Source of the DNA: Octopus sinensis | Taxonomy: Eukaryota | Assembly (NCBI RefSeq): GCF_006345805.1 | Contig: NC_043001.1 | Span: 27,652,001 to 27,716,000 of the forward strand | Direction: 5' to 3' | DNA length: 64,000 nt | Shown: positions 24,386 through 37,069 of the stretch, in pieces | Layout: each line of letters opens with the position of its first letter | How positions within the stretch are numbered: the first letter of the stretch is position 1 | The notes under the pieces: generated by a model | Seen by the model: the letters and a program-made list of their open reading frames with translations, nothing else | Told to the model about the DNA's origin: nothing | Database searches by the model: none | Program-made: the position numbers and the translations under genes

Positions 24386-25694
24386 CACTGGTTTCTGCTA
24401 GCTCACATGGTTTCTACAGTTGGATGCACTTCCTAACATCAACCATATATAATTTCTATAGAATATCTGTAAAAATAACCTTAGCAAAAATATTGTAAAG
24501 CTCACTGTTAATGCAGTAGAACATGGTACTGACTTTAAAAACATTTAATATACTTTGTAGTATATCATGGTTGCATAATGAAATACCATGTACCTACAAA
24601 TCACTAATAAGTAAATTGATCTCAGTTTATTATACATTGTTTCTCTTTTAAAGACACATTTTTTCTTATAAAAGCCAAATAGCTTTAATGAATAATGAAT
24701 GTATTACTACTGCAACATGAGAATAATTGATCAAATATTTTGTAGAAGCCTTCAGATTTAATTACTCAATGTAGTTCTTCAGTTTTGTTATATCTATTGC
24801 TTACCTGACTGCAGTTAGCATCATAATACCCTTCCACCCGCAAAAGTATAATATTAATCATCCAAGCCAAGCTGTTAACTCTATCTCATTAATGCATAGG
24901 ATAAATGTTTATCCTTTATTGAAGATGAAAAAATATTTTTTAAAGTATAATATTATAAAATTAATATCATCATATTTATTATTTCTATGTTGGTATAAAT
25001 TACACCTTTCGTATCACTTCTTTCTTTGTTTATTTTTGTAAAATTTATTATATTTATTTATCTGCAATAATTTGAGTCAGTTTTGGCATATAATTACACC
25101 TGATACTATAAATTATCGATATTAATATATAAATCAACTTTTGGTCTATTACTCTGAATAAATTTTGGTGAATGAAATAGAATAAAATCATCAGTAGTAG
25201 CTGTGGTGCTGACAGTTTTGTTGTTGCCATCATTATCATCATCATCATCATCATTATCATCATCTTCATCATTTTAACATTCACTTTTCAATGTTTGCAT
25301 GGGCTAGACAGATTTCATTAAGGCAGATTTTCTAGGGCTTGATACCCTTCCTGTTGTCAAACTTCACATCTTTCCAAGCAAGGTGATATTTTCCCATAGC
25401 AACATAGGTTTCCATGGAAGATTGGAAAATAGGGTCACATGCTCATTTAAACCTACATCATGCAATGTCAAGACAAGGAGACACAAAACACATCCACACA
25501 CACCCACATCCACACATCTACACACACACACTAGCATCTTACCTCCTTACCAGTTATAGAAACCATGCCAAAGTTGGCACTGGAGCTTGACACAGCCCTG
25601 CGGCCCAGTAGATCCTGTCAGACTGTCCAACCCATGCCATCATGGAAAACAGACATTAAATGATGATGATGATGATATGTGAGTGTATGTATGT

Positions 25695-25729
<35 letters not shown>

Positions 25730-25866
25730 TTTTCATGCTGGCGTGACTTGGTTTGACAGAGGCTGGAAAGCCAGAGGAATGCACCAACCTCCAATGTCTG
25801 CTTTGGTATGGTTTTTACAGCTGGATGCTCTTCTTAATGCCAACCACCTTACAGAGTTTACTAAGT

Positions 25867-26594
25867 AAACATCCAGACAGTTAGGTGATACAAAAAAATG
25901 GGACAACAAAACATCCAGATAGACAATACAAAGTAAACAAGGATGGGTTTTCTTTCCTCAGTCGAGTTGTAGATTATCTTTGCAATTTCGGTTGGTTATA
26001 CTCAAGATTGCTCCAATCTGGCCACCCCCAAGGAAAAAACTAAGCTAAGAGCATTAGATTCCTTGGAAGAAAGCAGCGAATGTATACAAAAACAAGGACA
26101 GAAAAAAACGGAGAATGTTACACAAATACAAATAACAGGATATAACAACAGGTGTCTTTCAACTAAGGACGATTTAAATTAAGCTTGCATGTGTGGAAGT
26201 AAAGCCTTACAGCAGGGATACAAGATTTCACAGACACAGGGAGGAATATAGATGTTGCATGGAGGACAACCAAACCAAGAAAGAAAGGTCAGGCTTGGCC
26301 GAACACTGATCATGTGGGGAGAGAAGAAAGAGGGGTAGAGGCAGAGGGGCAGAAGAAATAAGGAGGGGTGAGAAAAAATGACAGGGTCATGGTGAAGTGA
26401 AAAGAGGAGGGAAAGGGAGCATGAAGAGAAGGCAAGGAAATGTGAGAGGGGGGGGACAAAAGAATGAACAGTGGAATGAATGAAGTAAGCATGAAAAGGC
26501 TGATTGAAAGAAGGAAAAAATAAAAGAATAGAGTCATACAAGATTTAGATAAATATATACTTACATATAAGAGACTAAAGTGTGCATACACTGC

Positions 26595-26628
<34 letters not shown>

Positions 26629-26637
26629 GTATATATA

Positions 26638-26671
<34 letters not shown>

Positions 26672-26798
26672 TTAAAATACAAAATGGGACAAGAACGCAA
26701 AGCATCCTGGTAGGTGATACAAAAAAGGGGACACAAAACATCAAGATAGCCAATACAAAGAAAAAAAGGATGGGTCATTCAGAGTTTTCTTTCCTCAG
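25867..26798 (-). mobile_element. Element flanked by ~95-100-bp direct repeats (PLE pLTR-like)
   Basis: 25867-25961 and 26699-26798 are diverged direct repeats ending TTTTCTTTCCTCAG. Confidence 0.5.
26593..26670. repeat. (TA)n microsatellite
   Basis: Direct reading. Confidence 0.95.
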
Positions 26799-26824
26799 AT
26801 AGATAGATAGATAGATATGTTTTT

Positions 26825-27470
26825 TATATTATTATTTAATTGAACGCCATACATCCATTTCCAAGTAAGACTATCTTAACCTTTTTGATGCAACTCTACT
26901 CTATACTGTTTTCTCTCCCACTTCCGTCTCTAATTCTTTTTTTCTCCATTTCACCATTTTCTATCTGTTTCTCTCTCCCCACCTCTTTCGCTTTTTCTCT
27001 CTCTCGCTGCTCACATGTGACCATCGTCCATCTTTCTTTTCCTCGTGTGACCGTCTTTCTTTTCCTGCATGGACGTTCTGAGGATTGGATGTCTCCTATC
27101 TCTCTTTTCTATCTTTTCTCTTTTTAAAGAAAATATTTCTCTCAGCATTCACTATATTTCCTCTCGTTCTGGTCTAACAACCCTCTATGTTTGCTTTAAT
27201 TCAGTTTCCTTGTATGTCTCTACTGTCCTGTTTTTGTTCCCAACTTTGACCTTCCATAAATCGAAAATTTTATTTTGGTATTTATGTGATCAACTGTCTT
27301 TGAAGACTCATATTGTCTTTGATTGCTTGAAATAGGGAGTAGATAGACAGCTGACAACTGATGAAAGGTCATTCTTTGTATTACTTGTCCAGTTTTTCAT
27401 TTTTTTCTCTCATTGTTTGCATATTTAACTCATTTGTTTTCGTATTTCATGTTGTTTACTGTTGGTGATG

Positions 27471-27522
<52 letters not shown>

Positions 27523-27577
27523 CATATATATATATATTTATATTATTATTTAATTGAATGCCACACGTCCATTTCCA
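26825..27577. mobile_element. Pyrimidine-rich unit bounded by 39-bp direct repeats (PLE-like remnant)
   Basis: TATTATTATTTAATTGAAYGCCAYACRTCCATTTCCA at 26825-26863 and 27539-27577. Confidence 0.4.
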
Positions 27578-27579
27578 TG

Positions 27580-27613
<34 letters not shown>

Positions 27614-27786
27614 AATATATATATATATACATATACATATAAATATATATATATATATACATACTAACATATATACATACATATATATATACTTACACAC
27701 ACACACACACATATAGTCAAATCAAAAACAGCACACATTAAAAATAATAATAAAAACAACAAGAGGACATGCACATGATATATATA

Positions 27787-29019
27787 TGAGGGTGGGCTGA
27801 AAAGTTCATAAGCTGACTATGAAGGAGTGAGACTAGCACTGTGAAATCTTGTGTGCATTAATTTTGACCTTTGTTATTAATAGCTGCATTGTTTCTTTCC
27901 AGGTAAACTGACATCTCACTGTTTAAAGAAGACTTCAAAAGTAAACTGTATTGACGATTCTTGAAAATCAAAAAAATTTGGCATTGTGGTGTTATTAAAT
28001 ATCTGTAGGAAAAAAAGAGTTTAACCCCTATCAACATCTATGCTAATATGGTTGCTACATTAGGGGTGACACTCCAGCTTTATCAACAATGCCAAAAAAA
28101 AAGTGGGCAACTGAATTTAGGAAGGAAGGTAGAGTCTTGAAGATGGTCCAGAATTTGGATGTCCTTCAACTGCCACCACCAAGGAAAACAAGGATTATGT
28201 TCATGGCGATGGATAACAGGCAAATAGCCAATGCTATTAGCATACTCCATGAGAGAGTTGACAATATTCTGCACAATGAATTTAGTATGACAATGGTTTC
28301 TGCTTGGTTGGTGCCATGTCTTTTGACACCTGACCAAAAGTGCATCAGGCTGATCACATCACAGGAAAATTTGACATTGTTTGAGGCAGATCCAGTTGGT
28401 TCCCTTGAATGTTTCCTAACCAAGGATGAGTTTTGGCTTCATCACTTTGAGCCAGTGACAAAGAGACAATCCATGCAGTAGAAACACCCCTCCTCACCTA
28501 TCCTAAAGAAAGCCAATGTTATTTCATCTGAAGGGAAGATAATAGCCTCAGTTTTGGGGGATGCAAAAGGCATTGTGTTTATTGACTATCTTCAAAACGG
28601 CCACACCATTAATGGAGAGTACTATACCAACTTGCTGAGACATTTATAAAAGGCTATCAAGAATAAATGCCCAGGAAAACTGATGAAAGGGGTCTTGTTT
28701 CATCAGGGCAATGTTCCAGCTCTTAAGTCCTTACTTTCAATGGCTTCCATAGATGGCTTTGTGCTGGTTCATCACCCTCCCTATTCATTTGATTTGGCCC
28801 CACCTGAGTATTATCTGTTCTCCAATACGAAAAAAACATTTGGCTAGGAACCAGTATCACAGTGATGAGAACATCATGTCTGTTGTTGATAACTTTTTTT
28901 GGCCAACAGGATGAAAACTTCTTCACCAATGGTAGAAGTGTGTGAACTGCAAAGGAGTCTATGTTGAAAAATAAACCTCATTTGGTAACATTCCATAACA
29001 GTATCTTAGTCTACCTATG
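27787..29019 (+). mobile_element. Second decayed mariner (different subfamily); right TIR partial
   Basis: TA + TGAGGGTGGGCTGAAAAGTTCATAAGCTGACTA left end and TCTTAGTCTACCTATG right remnant. Motifs FLTKDEFWLHHFEP, HQGNVPAL, HPPYSFDLAPPEYYLF and YVEK-stop. Confidence 0.88.
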
Positions 29020-29833
29020 TGTGTATGTGAGTATCTGTGTCTGTGTATGTAATCTTTAAAAATTAACAAAATACCAACGTCATTATGTCACTACATTACC
29101 CTATTTTAAATCAATTCCTTTATGTAAAAGATATATATCGATATACACTAATTTTTAGCCAATCAAATTTTGTAAGAAAGTCAAAAATGACAATCAAAAT
29201 TCTATTTACTCATTTGTTTTCCAATAAATGTCCAAAAAGATTAGAGACAAATGTGATTTCAGTAAATAAAAACAAACAAGAATACCATTGCTTAAAAGTT
29301 ACAGCATTGTAATAAATTTAAAGTTGGTAAATAAATTGATTTCCTGACAGGTTAGAAGAGCTTTTCCAGCAGTTATAATATAATTAATGTTCAAGTACTT
29401 AAGAGACATGTAAATGTCTTCCAAGCCTGCTAATTCCCAGAATGCATTTCATTGATTAAGAGATGTTATTTAGGGCAAACGGATGGAGCTAACAGTAAGA
29501 TAAATTATAGTGCTATAAGATCAATATTTGAAACATGAAGCAGGTGGGATTTAAATAAATAAACAAACAAATAAAAGATGGAATGATAAAATACAGCAGA
29601 ATAGAGTGAAAAATGATTGAATAAAGGAAGAAAGCAGATTTAAGAAATGTAAATTAAAACGAAGGTGGGTAATTTAGAGACAGAGAAAAAGAAAGCTCAA
29701 AGAATGCTTGAAGTTAAAAGCTTTAAGCCAGAAGAAATTAGATGATTAAGAGAAAATGATTTATAAATGTGTATATACATCTATATGTTGATATATCAGT
29801 ATACATAGTTGCATAGAAATGCACACATGTGTG

Positions 29834-29834
<1 letters not shown>

Positions 29835-29872
<38 letters not shown>

Positions 29873-30055
29873 CCTGCTAGCTACAGGGAAAGATTGATAG
29901 CTATGTATGTATCTATAAATGTATCTATCTATATATATATATATATATATACATACACATATGCATACAAATATATACATATGCATATATATATATGTAT
30001 ATATATATATTTATATATATGTATGTATATATGTATATACACATATATACATATG

Positions 30056-30104
<49 letters not shown>

Positions 30105-30172
30105 GAATATATATACACACACACATTTTATATATGTGTGTATTTATATGTTTGTGTATGTGTGTGTGTGTG
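29835..30172. repeat. (TA)n/(TG)n compound microsatellite
   Basis: Direct reading. Confidence 0.95.
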
Positions 30173-30996
30173 TTTATGTCCACTTTGTTTAGACATCACA
30201 TGAGGGTTGTACATGAGCATCATCATCATCATGCAAGTGAAGTCATTCATTTCCAGTCTTCTGTAACAAACCTGTCTAGCTAAGGGAAAATATTAGCTTG
30301 CTTGAAAACAGGTGAGTGATGGTGACAAGAAGGGCATCGGGCCGTAGAAAAATCTGCTTCCACAAATTCTGTTTGATCCATGCAAGCATGAAAAAGTAGA
30401 TGGTAAATGATGATGAAGATGAAGATGATGATGATGATGATGATGATGGTGATCAGACACACACCAAATCCACTAACAAGGCATTGGTCAGTCAGAGGCT
30501 GCTGTAGAAGACACTTGCCCAAGGTGCTTCACAGTAGGTCAGAACCCAGAACCATGTGGTTGGAAATCAAACTTCTTATCTCACAGTCACACCTGCACCT
30601 ATATTATCATCAATATTTTACATCTGCTTTCCATGTTGGCATGAGTTGGATAGGTGACCATGCAGTCTAAGTCGTTTCTTATAGTAAAAGGAGCAGGGTA
30701 CACCTGAACTAAAAAAACTCTGGCTCAAATATTTTACCTGTTTTATGTTCAAACTGGACAGATCCAGCCTCTCACACTGACCCTCCAATGTCAGTCTAAA
30801 AATAAACAATCACATCATTGAAATCTCAAACCTATCACATAATGCATGATTAATTCAAAACAATGTGAATATTTAATTATTACGTTTGATTGAGTAAAAT
30901 GAATTCTAATGAGTTAAATTTCATGAAATAATTTATTATTAAAAACTTTGCTTGCTACGTAGTTTTAAAATATTTGCCAAGATTACATAAGCTTAA

Positions 30997-31443
30997 TCTA
31001 TGCATATAAAGCTGAAGTTGTCTGTGTGTGTGTGTGTGGCAGGTTTGGTAGCCTTCAACTAACACTGTCCCCTCCGAGACCCTGTGGCGCAAGTTGACCA
31101 AAATTGAGAGTATTATAGAAGAAGGCTTGCTTTTCATTCTGTAGAAGAAAATATTCAAATCCAACCATGTTAAGACCAAAAATTATTTACATCAAAAAGG
31201 TACTTCTTTCTATGAAAATCCCTATTTTTTTTAACGATTTTTTTACTGTTGTGTCACCATTTTTCGGTGTATTTCAACTAGAAAAATGTTCACTTAAAGA
31301 GAATAACAAGCTACATAATGCAAAATTTTTACTTTTCAAGAAAGATTGAAACTATGTCAAAACTTTGTTAACGCGACATCAAAGTCTGCCGTTCTACGCG
31401 CAACTAAAAACCAAACCCGAGCAACGCCATGCAATACTGCTAG
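30997..31443 (+). mobile_element. Complete non-autonomous Helitron (447 bp)
   Basis: A|TCTATGCATATAAAG... 5' end. The 3' end has a decayed CCCGAGCAACGCC... hairpin followed by CTAG|T. It sits in an AT dinucleotide with no TSD. Confidence 0.8.
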
Positions 31444-32379
31444 TATATAAATAAAGTTAAATTATAATGAAGGAAACAGCTAAATGGAAATCAGCAGAAA
31501 TTGTTTAAGTTCAGAGGGCTGTTTGTCATGATAACACCAAAAATATTTTCAAAAAATGTTATTGCAAATGAACAAAAAGAAGCAGCATAATTTCAACTAG
31601 AATTTAAAAAAAAAAATCAAAATTGTTTAATACATACACAAAACAAAAAGAAAATATCTTGCAAAAACAGAAAATAATAATTATTTTTGCTGATGACTCA
31701 GAGTAAGAAATTCAACTTCAGGTCAATAAAAAAGAATTTTAGCTTGAATAAAGCTGCTGAGTATGTAAAATACAGAATATTTTTATAATTAAAATACCTT
31801 CTCAAACCAAAAACAAATTTTGTTTTAATTTACAGGCTAGACACTAATCAAATACATTATAGACTAGATATAGTCTTTCAGCTCAAAATAAATACCAAAT
31901 CTATCAATTTTTTTTTAAGCAGATATACACACTCTCCCATTATGATATGTCCTATATTATTACTGAAGCTGCAGGCCAGTGTTTTGGTTTAAAGAAAACA
32001 TGATGTGAGAAACACCACTAGTAAATTATATTTACTCTTTTATTTTCTATATACTATCAGAAAAATAAGCTTGTACTGGTCTTCAGTGTGGTTAAGCAGC
32101 ACGTTTTACTTCCAAAACTTCCTTAAAGTACAGTTCTGAATAACCTCATACAGAAAAAAAGTAATAACTTTCACTTGTAATATTCATAAAAACAAGGTTG
32201 AGTTAAAAGTGTTGTAGGAGTGTAATGCATACATTCTTGAAATAAATTTCTTTTGGGTTCATGTTTAGAGTAAATAGAAAATGTTGCTGAGATAAAATGA
32301 AGGGAAGCCAACATACAAGATTTACAGCCTGGTGAAATCTTAATATGGCAAATCAATGTCTTGTTCAATTGAAATGTGT

Positions 32380-32740
32380 TTTCTTAAGACTAGCTGAAGT
32401 GAGAGTATATAATAACTAATTTTGCTTGTTTATTGCTTTGGCTGAGAGTGAAAAAGAGAATGCTGACAGCTTGCTCTGGCTAAGTTGCTAAGGAAAAGAG
32501 TAAATAGACAGCTTGCTCTAGCAGAGTTACCAAAGGAAAAGAAGGAGAGAGAGCTTTGAATTCTTGTTTATATAGCCAATGACAGGCTGAAGGTACTGCT
32601 CTCTCATTGGCCCAATAAACTGGTGAACATTGTGAATGAGTGAAACTTCACCTGCTTGTATTGAGGTTGATAAAGATACTTTCGTTCATTCTGCACTAAA
32701 ACTACAGCAAGTTTCTCCTGTTGTTATGCAAAACAAACCA
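32380..32740 (-). mobile_element. Candidate solo LTR / LTR-like promoter
   Basis: On the minus strand, CCAAT (32606-10) lies ~32 bp upstream of TATATAAA (32567-74). An internal ~43-bp tandem duplication GACAGCTTGCTCT...AAGGAAAAGA is present. Termini and TSD are not resolved. Confidence 0.35.
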
Positions 32741-33092
32741 TTTTAATTTTGTTGTTGTTATTAGACATAGCAATTTTGAAATAGATATATCTTTCTTCTC
32801 TCCCAAATACTACTTCTGAGGAGACAATATATTTCTACCTACTACAGTGAACATATAAAAAAAAAAGTGCTGAAATGATGCAGAAGCTGCATTGTTCTCA
32901 ATACAAAAAGATTACCAAGGCTGTCATCGTTTTTGTGGATGGTTTCATTCTCTTATAGGTTGTTATGTTAATACTTGACAAAGCAACAAGATATTGGTTT
33001 CATAATTGTTTCTTTTTATTTTCTTTATTATTTACAAAGTTTTAGTTGAAGTTTTGTTAGCTGTAAATAAGTTACATTAGAAACTCAAGATT

Positions 33093-33137
33093 GGCTCCTT
33101 GATTATGCAAACATTTACTATGCATAATCAAGGAGCC
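33093..33137. repeat. Perfect 17-bp inverted repeat with an 11-nt loop
   Basis: GGCTCCTTGATTATGCA-AACATTTACTA-TGCATAATCAAGGAGCC. Confidence 0.9.
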
Positions 33138-33195
33138 CCCCACCGTCAAAAAACAAAAAAACGAAAGAAAAGGAATAGGAGGGAAATATATATAT

Positions 33196-33800
33196 TCATT
33201 GTTTAACATCTGTTTTTCCAATTTCCATGCTAGTATCGGTTGGACGGTTTGACCGGGGTTTTGGCAAGCCAGGAGGCTGCACCAGGCTCCAGTCTGATCT
33301 GGCAGTGTTTCTACAACTGGATGCCCTTCCTAATGCCAACCACTCTGTGAGTGTAGTGGATGCTATTTATGTGCCATTGGCACAGGGGCCAGAGGAGGCT
33401 GGCAACAACCACAATCGGTTGGTGCTTTTTACATGCCACCGGCACAGAAGCCAGTCAAGGTAGTACTGGCATCAGCCACATTCAGATGGTGCTTTTTATG
33501 TACCACTGGCACGGGTATCACAACTACAATTTCCATTTGATTTTCATTTTGATGTTGATGTACTTGACTCAATAGGTCTCCTCGAGCACAGCAGGTCATC
33601 CTACGATCCAAGGTACTTTTGAATAGGCTGGGGCTGGTTATGTGAAACTGATGTAGGATACAGCTGTGAACTCACTTTATTTGCCAGGTTTTTGCAGTCA
33701 CAGCATATCTCCAGAGGTCTCGGTCTTTCGTCATTGTCTCTGTGAGGCCCAACGTTTGAAAGTCATGCTTGACCACCTCATCCCATGTCTTCCTGGGTCT
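33196..33800 (-). mobile_element. RTE 3' end (ORF C-terminus plus tail)
   Basis: GGATGCCCTTCCTAATGCCAACCAC motif and the reverse complement of the GRPRKTWDEV-coding segment. Confidence 0.85.
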
Positions 33801-33984
33801 GGGCTTATTAAAGCAAATCACATAAAGTTATAAAGAATAGCATGGAACACACACACAACTTTTTCCAGCTTTAATAAAATATCACACCCACGTGCATACC
33901 CACACACATACATACAGGGTATGGTGAATAAACTGTCATCTAAATTATGCAAAAACAAAAATAATACTGATATCTCATTTTAAC

Positions 33985-34367
33985 AAGACCTGTTGAGTCA
34001 AGTAAGACCAAAATCGTAACTGTGGCCAGTGGCCCCTGACTGGCTCCCATTCCTGTGGCACGTAAAATGCATCATCTGAATGTGGTCAATGCCAGTGTCC
34101 CCTGACTGGCTGCCATGCTGGTGGCATGTAAAAAGCAGTATCCAAATGTGATCGATACCAGGCTCGCCTGACTGGCTCCTGTGCAGGTGGCATGTAAAAA
34201 GCACTGACTACACTCCCAGAGTAGTTGGTGTTAGGAAGGGCATCCCACTGTAGAAACATTGCCAGATCATATTGGAGCCTGGTGCAGTCGCTGGCTCTCC
34301 AGAACTCAGTCAAACTGTCCAACCCATGCCAGCATGAAAAACAGATGTTAAACGATGATGATGCAGA
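33985..34367 (+). mobile_element. RTE 3' UTR/tail
   Basis: Tandem units, GTTAGGAAGGGCATCC and GTTAAACGATGATG. Confidence 0.88.
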
Positions 34368-34369
34368 AG

Positions 34370-34939
34370 ATGATATTTAACAAAATTACATAAAAATATC
34401 ATGAAATACTAAAGAGTAAATTTATTCAATAAAATCGCCATTGGCTTCAACCACAGCCTCCAGATGACTTTGGAATCTCCTGCAACTCTTCTGGAATGTC
34501 TCCTAGTTCGTGACTATTGCTATAATCCTTGCCTTCAGCTCATCTTTGGTGTTACCTCTTCCAGGCACTTGATGTAAGCCTCCATGTTGTGTCTGAGACC
34601 ATGTGGGAAGCTGAATGGCAGCATAACATTGTCATTACTCATGATCACTCCAAACACCATGTTGACTGGATGTCTGATTTTTATCACTCTCGATACATGT
34701 CCTAAGACTGACACCCAAACGCTCTGAAATGTTTGTAAAGGAGCTTCTGGCATGAATGCCAAGCAGTATGGCATGTTGTTTCCAAAATTTCTGGCAGAGT
34801 GAATTGTGTCATGGTGCTGTTTTTATCACAGATGGTGCTCAACTGACCCTACTATACTGGATAGTCAACAAAATCAAAAAGAATGTGCATGTGAAAAATT
34901 AAAAACATAAGATGGCAACAATTTACCCATTGCAACCTG
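34370..34939 (-). mobile_element. Tc1/mariner-superfamily internal-deletion derivative
   Basis: RHPVNMVFGVIMSNDNVMLPFSFPHGL...EAYIKCLEEV joins directly to C-terminal KDELKARI...CRRFQSHLEAVVEANGDFIE-stop. One terminus ...CAACCTG|TA is present. Confidence 0.75.
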
Positions 34940-34964
34940 TATATCAACACACATACACACACAG

Positions 34965-35028
34965 TGACATATATGTATATATATATATATACACATACAT
35001 ATGCATACACACACACATATATATGTAT

Positions 35029-35084
<56 letters not shown>

Positions 35085-35152
35085 TATATATTTACATATA
35101 TACACACACACACACACATATACATAGGGCCATATACATATATATATATACA
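34965..35152. repeat. (TA)n/(CA)n microsatellite
   Basis: Direct reading. Confidence 0.95.
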
Positions 35153-35154
35153 GG

Positions 35155-35480
35155 GCCATTAAAGCAAAGAAACAGGAGTGGGGGTAGCAGAAGAATGTAT
35201 CAGATAACCAAAAGGGAAGCTAGGAGACAGGTATATATAGCCAAGGGAGTAGCAGAAAAGAAGTTTGCCAATGTCCAGCGATGTGAGGACCAGAGAACTG
35301 AAGTATTTTGGGTTGTAAGACTGTGAGAGAAAACTGTGATGTCAGAGGAGACAAATGGTGCCTTTGTGTTTAATGATTCTGCAAAGAAAGAGGCTTGGAG
35401 ATGCTATTATGAAGACTGCTGAATGTGGAGAATGAATGGGAGGAGGAGAGTCTGCCTGAAATGCTGATCCATCACAGAGA
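35155..35480 (+). mobile_element. RTE ORF2 EN-RT linker fragment
   Basis: [25 protein letters not shown] and AKKEAW..Y..LLNVENEW. Confidence 0.7.
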
Positions 35481-36039
35481 TAACCTCCCAGCTACTACTC
35501 ATTTACAGCAGAGTGAACAGGTGCAACATGGAATGAAATGTTTTGCTCCAGAACACAACACACCACCTGTTCTTTCAGTTTCCTTCTATCCAGTCCACTT
35601 ACAAAGCCTGAGGCTATAGCAGAAGGCACTTGCCCAAGATGCCAGACAGTAGGACCAAACCTGGAACTATGTGGTTGGGAGGCAAGCTTCTTACTACACA
35701 GCTGCACCCACAACTGTATCTATAATTTAAAGAAGAAAACATTATATCTTGCAGGTGGCCTTCAGAACACCTTTATTGGGAATTAACAGGTGTTTAATCT
35801 TCACAGCTAATGTTAAATATGTTTCTGTGAACTTCTGTTTGTGGATTGCTTGTGTAAAATGAGTCCAGCATGCAAACATATATGTCAATCAATTTTCAAA
35901 GACTTGCAATAATTTTGACCTTACTATCAGTATTGCAAAAACGTAAGTATTGCATCACCCTGTCCCATGATATTCACTGTGTGTGTTTTTTAGAATAAAG
36001 CAAGTGGGACAACATTGAATATTTTGAAAGTACAGTGTC

Positions 36040-36300
36040 CTCAAATGTTTGTATTGACATTGAGGTGTTGTCATGTATAGGCAAGACTAGTGCAGCTTTT
36101 GGAAAACAGCAGCATAAATTGAGGGACAGATCAGTATTGGTACTAAATTCAAAGTTTACAATGCAATTATACTTCTAATTCTCCTATATGATACTGAAAC
36201 TTTAACAGAGTACCAATTCCATGCTAAAAAGCTTAATCATTTCCACACACCTTGACTTAGAGGATTCAAAGGATAAAGTGGCAGGATAAAATTCTGCCAT
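36040..36300 (+). mobile_element. RTE-clade ORF2 C-terminal fragment (different lineage)
   Basis: IGKTSAAFGK...ISIGTKFKVYNAIIL.ILLYDTET...KKLNHFH...IKWQDKI. Confidence 0.75.
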
Positions 36301-36529
36301 AATAGATCTTCCTGCTCACAGCAGAGTCTATATATGAGTAAAATTCTGTTTTATTTGTTTAATTTTAATTTTATTTGCAGTCACTAAGTAGTCAAATTTT
36401 ACAGTTGATATATTATTACACAGGGCTACTAATGTACCCAGTTTTCTAAACTGAAACAAATCTACTGTGTTGGTCTGGGATTTGTTGTCAGAATGCCAGA
36501 TTTTAGACTACCAAAAGTAATCATCTTTT

Positions 36530-36818
36530 CTGTGGGGGTACCAGCATCGCCTTACTGGCACCTGTGCTGTTGGCATGTGTAAAAAGATTCGAGTGAGGTC
36601 GTTGCCAGTACCGCTTGACTGGCCCCCATGCCGATGGCAAGTAAAAGCACCCACTACACTCTCGGAATGGCTGGCATTAGGAAGGGCATCCAGCGGTAGA
36701 AACTCTGCCAGATCAAGACTGGAGCCTGGTGCAGCCATCTGATTCGTCAAACCATCCAACCCATGCTAGCATGGAAGTCGGACGTTAAACGATGATGATG
36801 ATGATGATGATGATGATG
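36530..36818 (+). mobile_element. RTE tail
   Basis: Same diagnostic motifs with a (GAT)n end. Confidence 0.9.
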
Positions 36819-36875
36819 TGTGCAGTGTAGGTGCACTTCATAAAAGATTCAAAGATTCATTGAAAGCAACTTTAA

Positions 36876-37069
36876 CACTCTAGTATTTAAACAGGTCATA
36901 TCTGGCAAAACATTCTATTCATGTTCATTTAATGTTCAAACTTACCCAGCTTCTCACATCTACTCTATAATATATCATTCTAAAAATAAACAATCAGATC
37001 AGCAAAATCTCAAATCTATGAAATAATGCAAGATTAATTCAAAACAACAGTAATCTGGATGTTAAAAGG
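36876..37069. mobile_element. piggyBac-type MITE (family 1, decayed)
   Basis: TTAA at both ends (36872-75, 37070-73) and similar to 2078-2277. Confidence 0.6.

Noticed and set aside
31692-31730. Other CTGANGA hits as hammerheads (also ~1010, 15660, 23944, 27078, 27358, 48503, 53234)
   Set aside because: They lack a correctly spaced GAAA, stem II or stem I.
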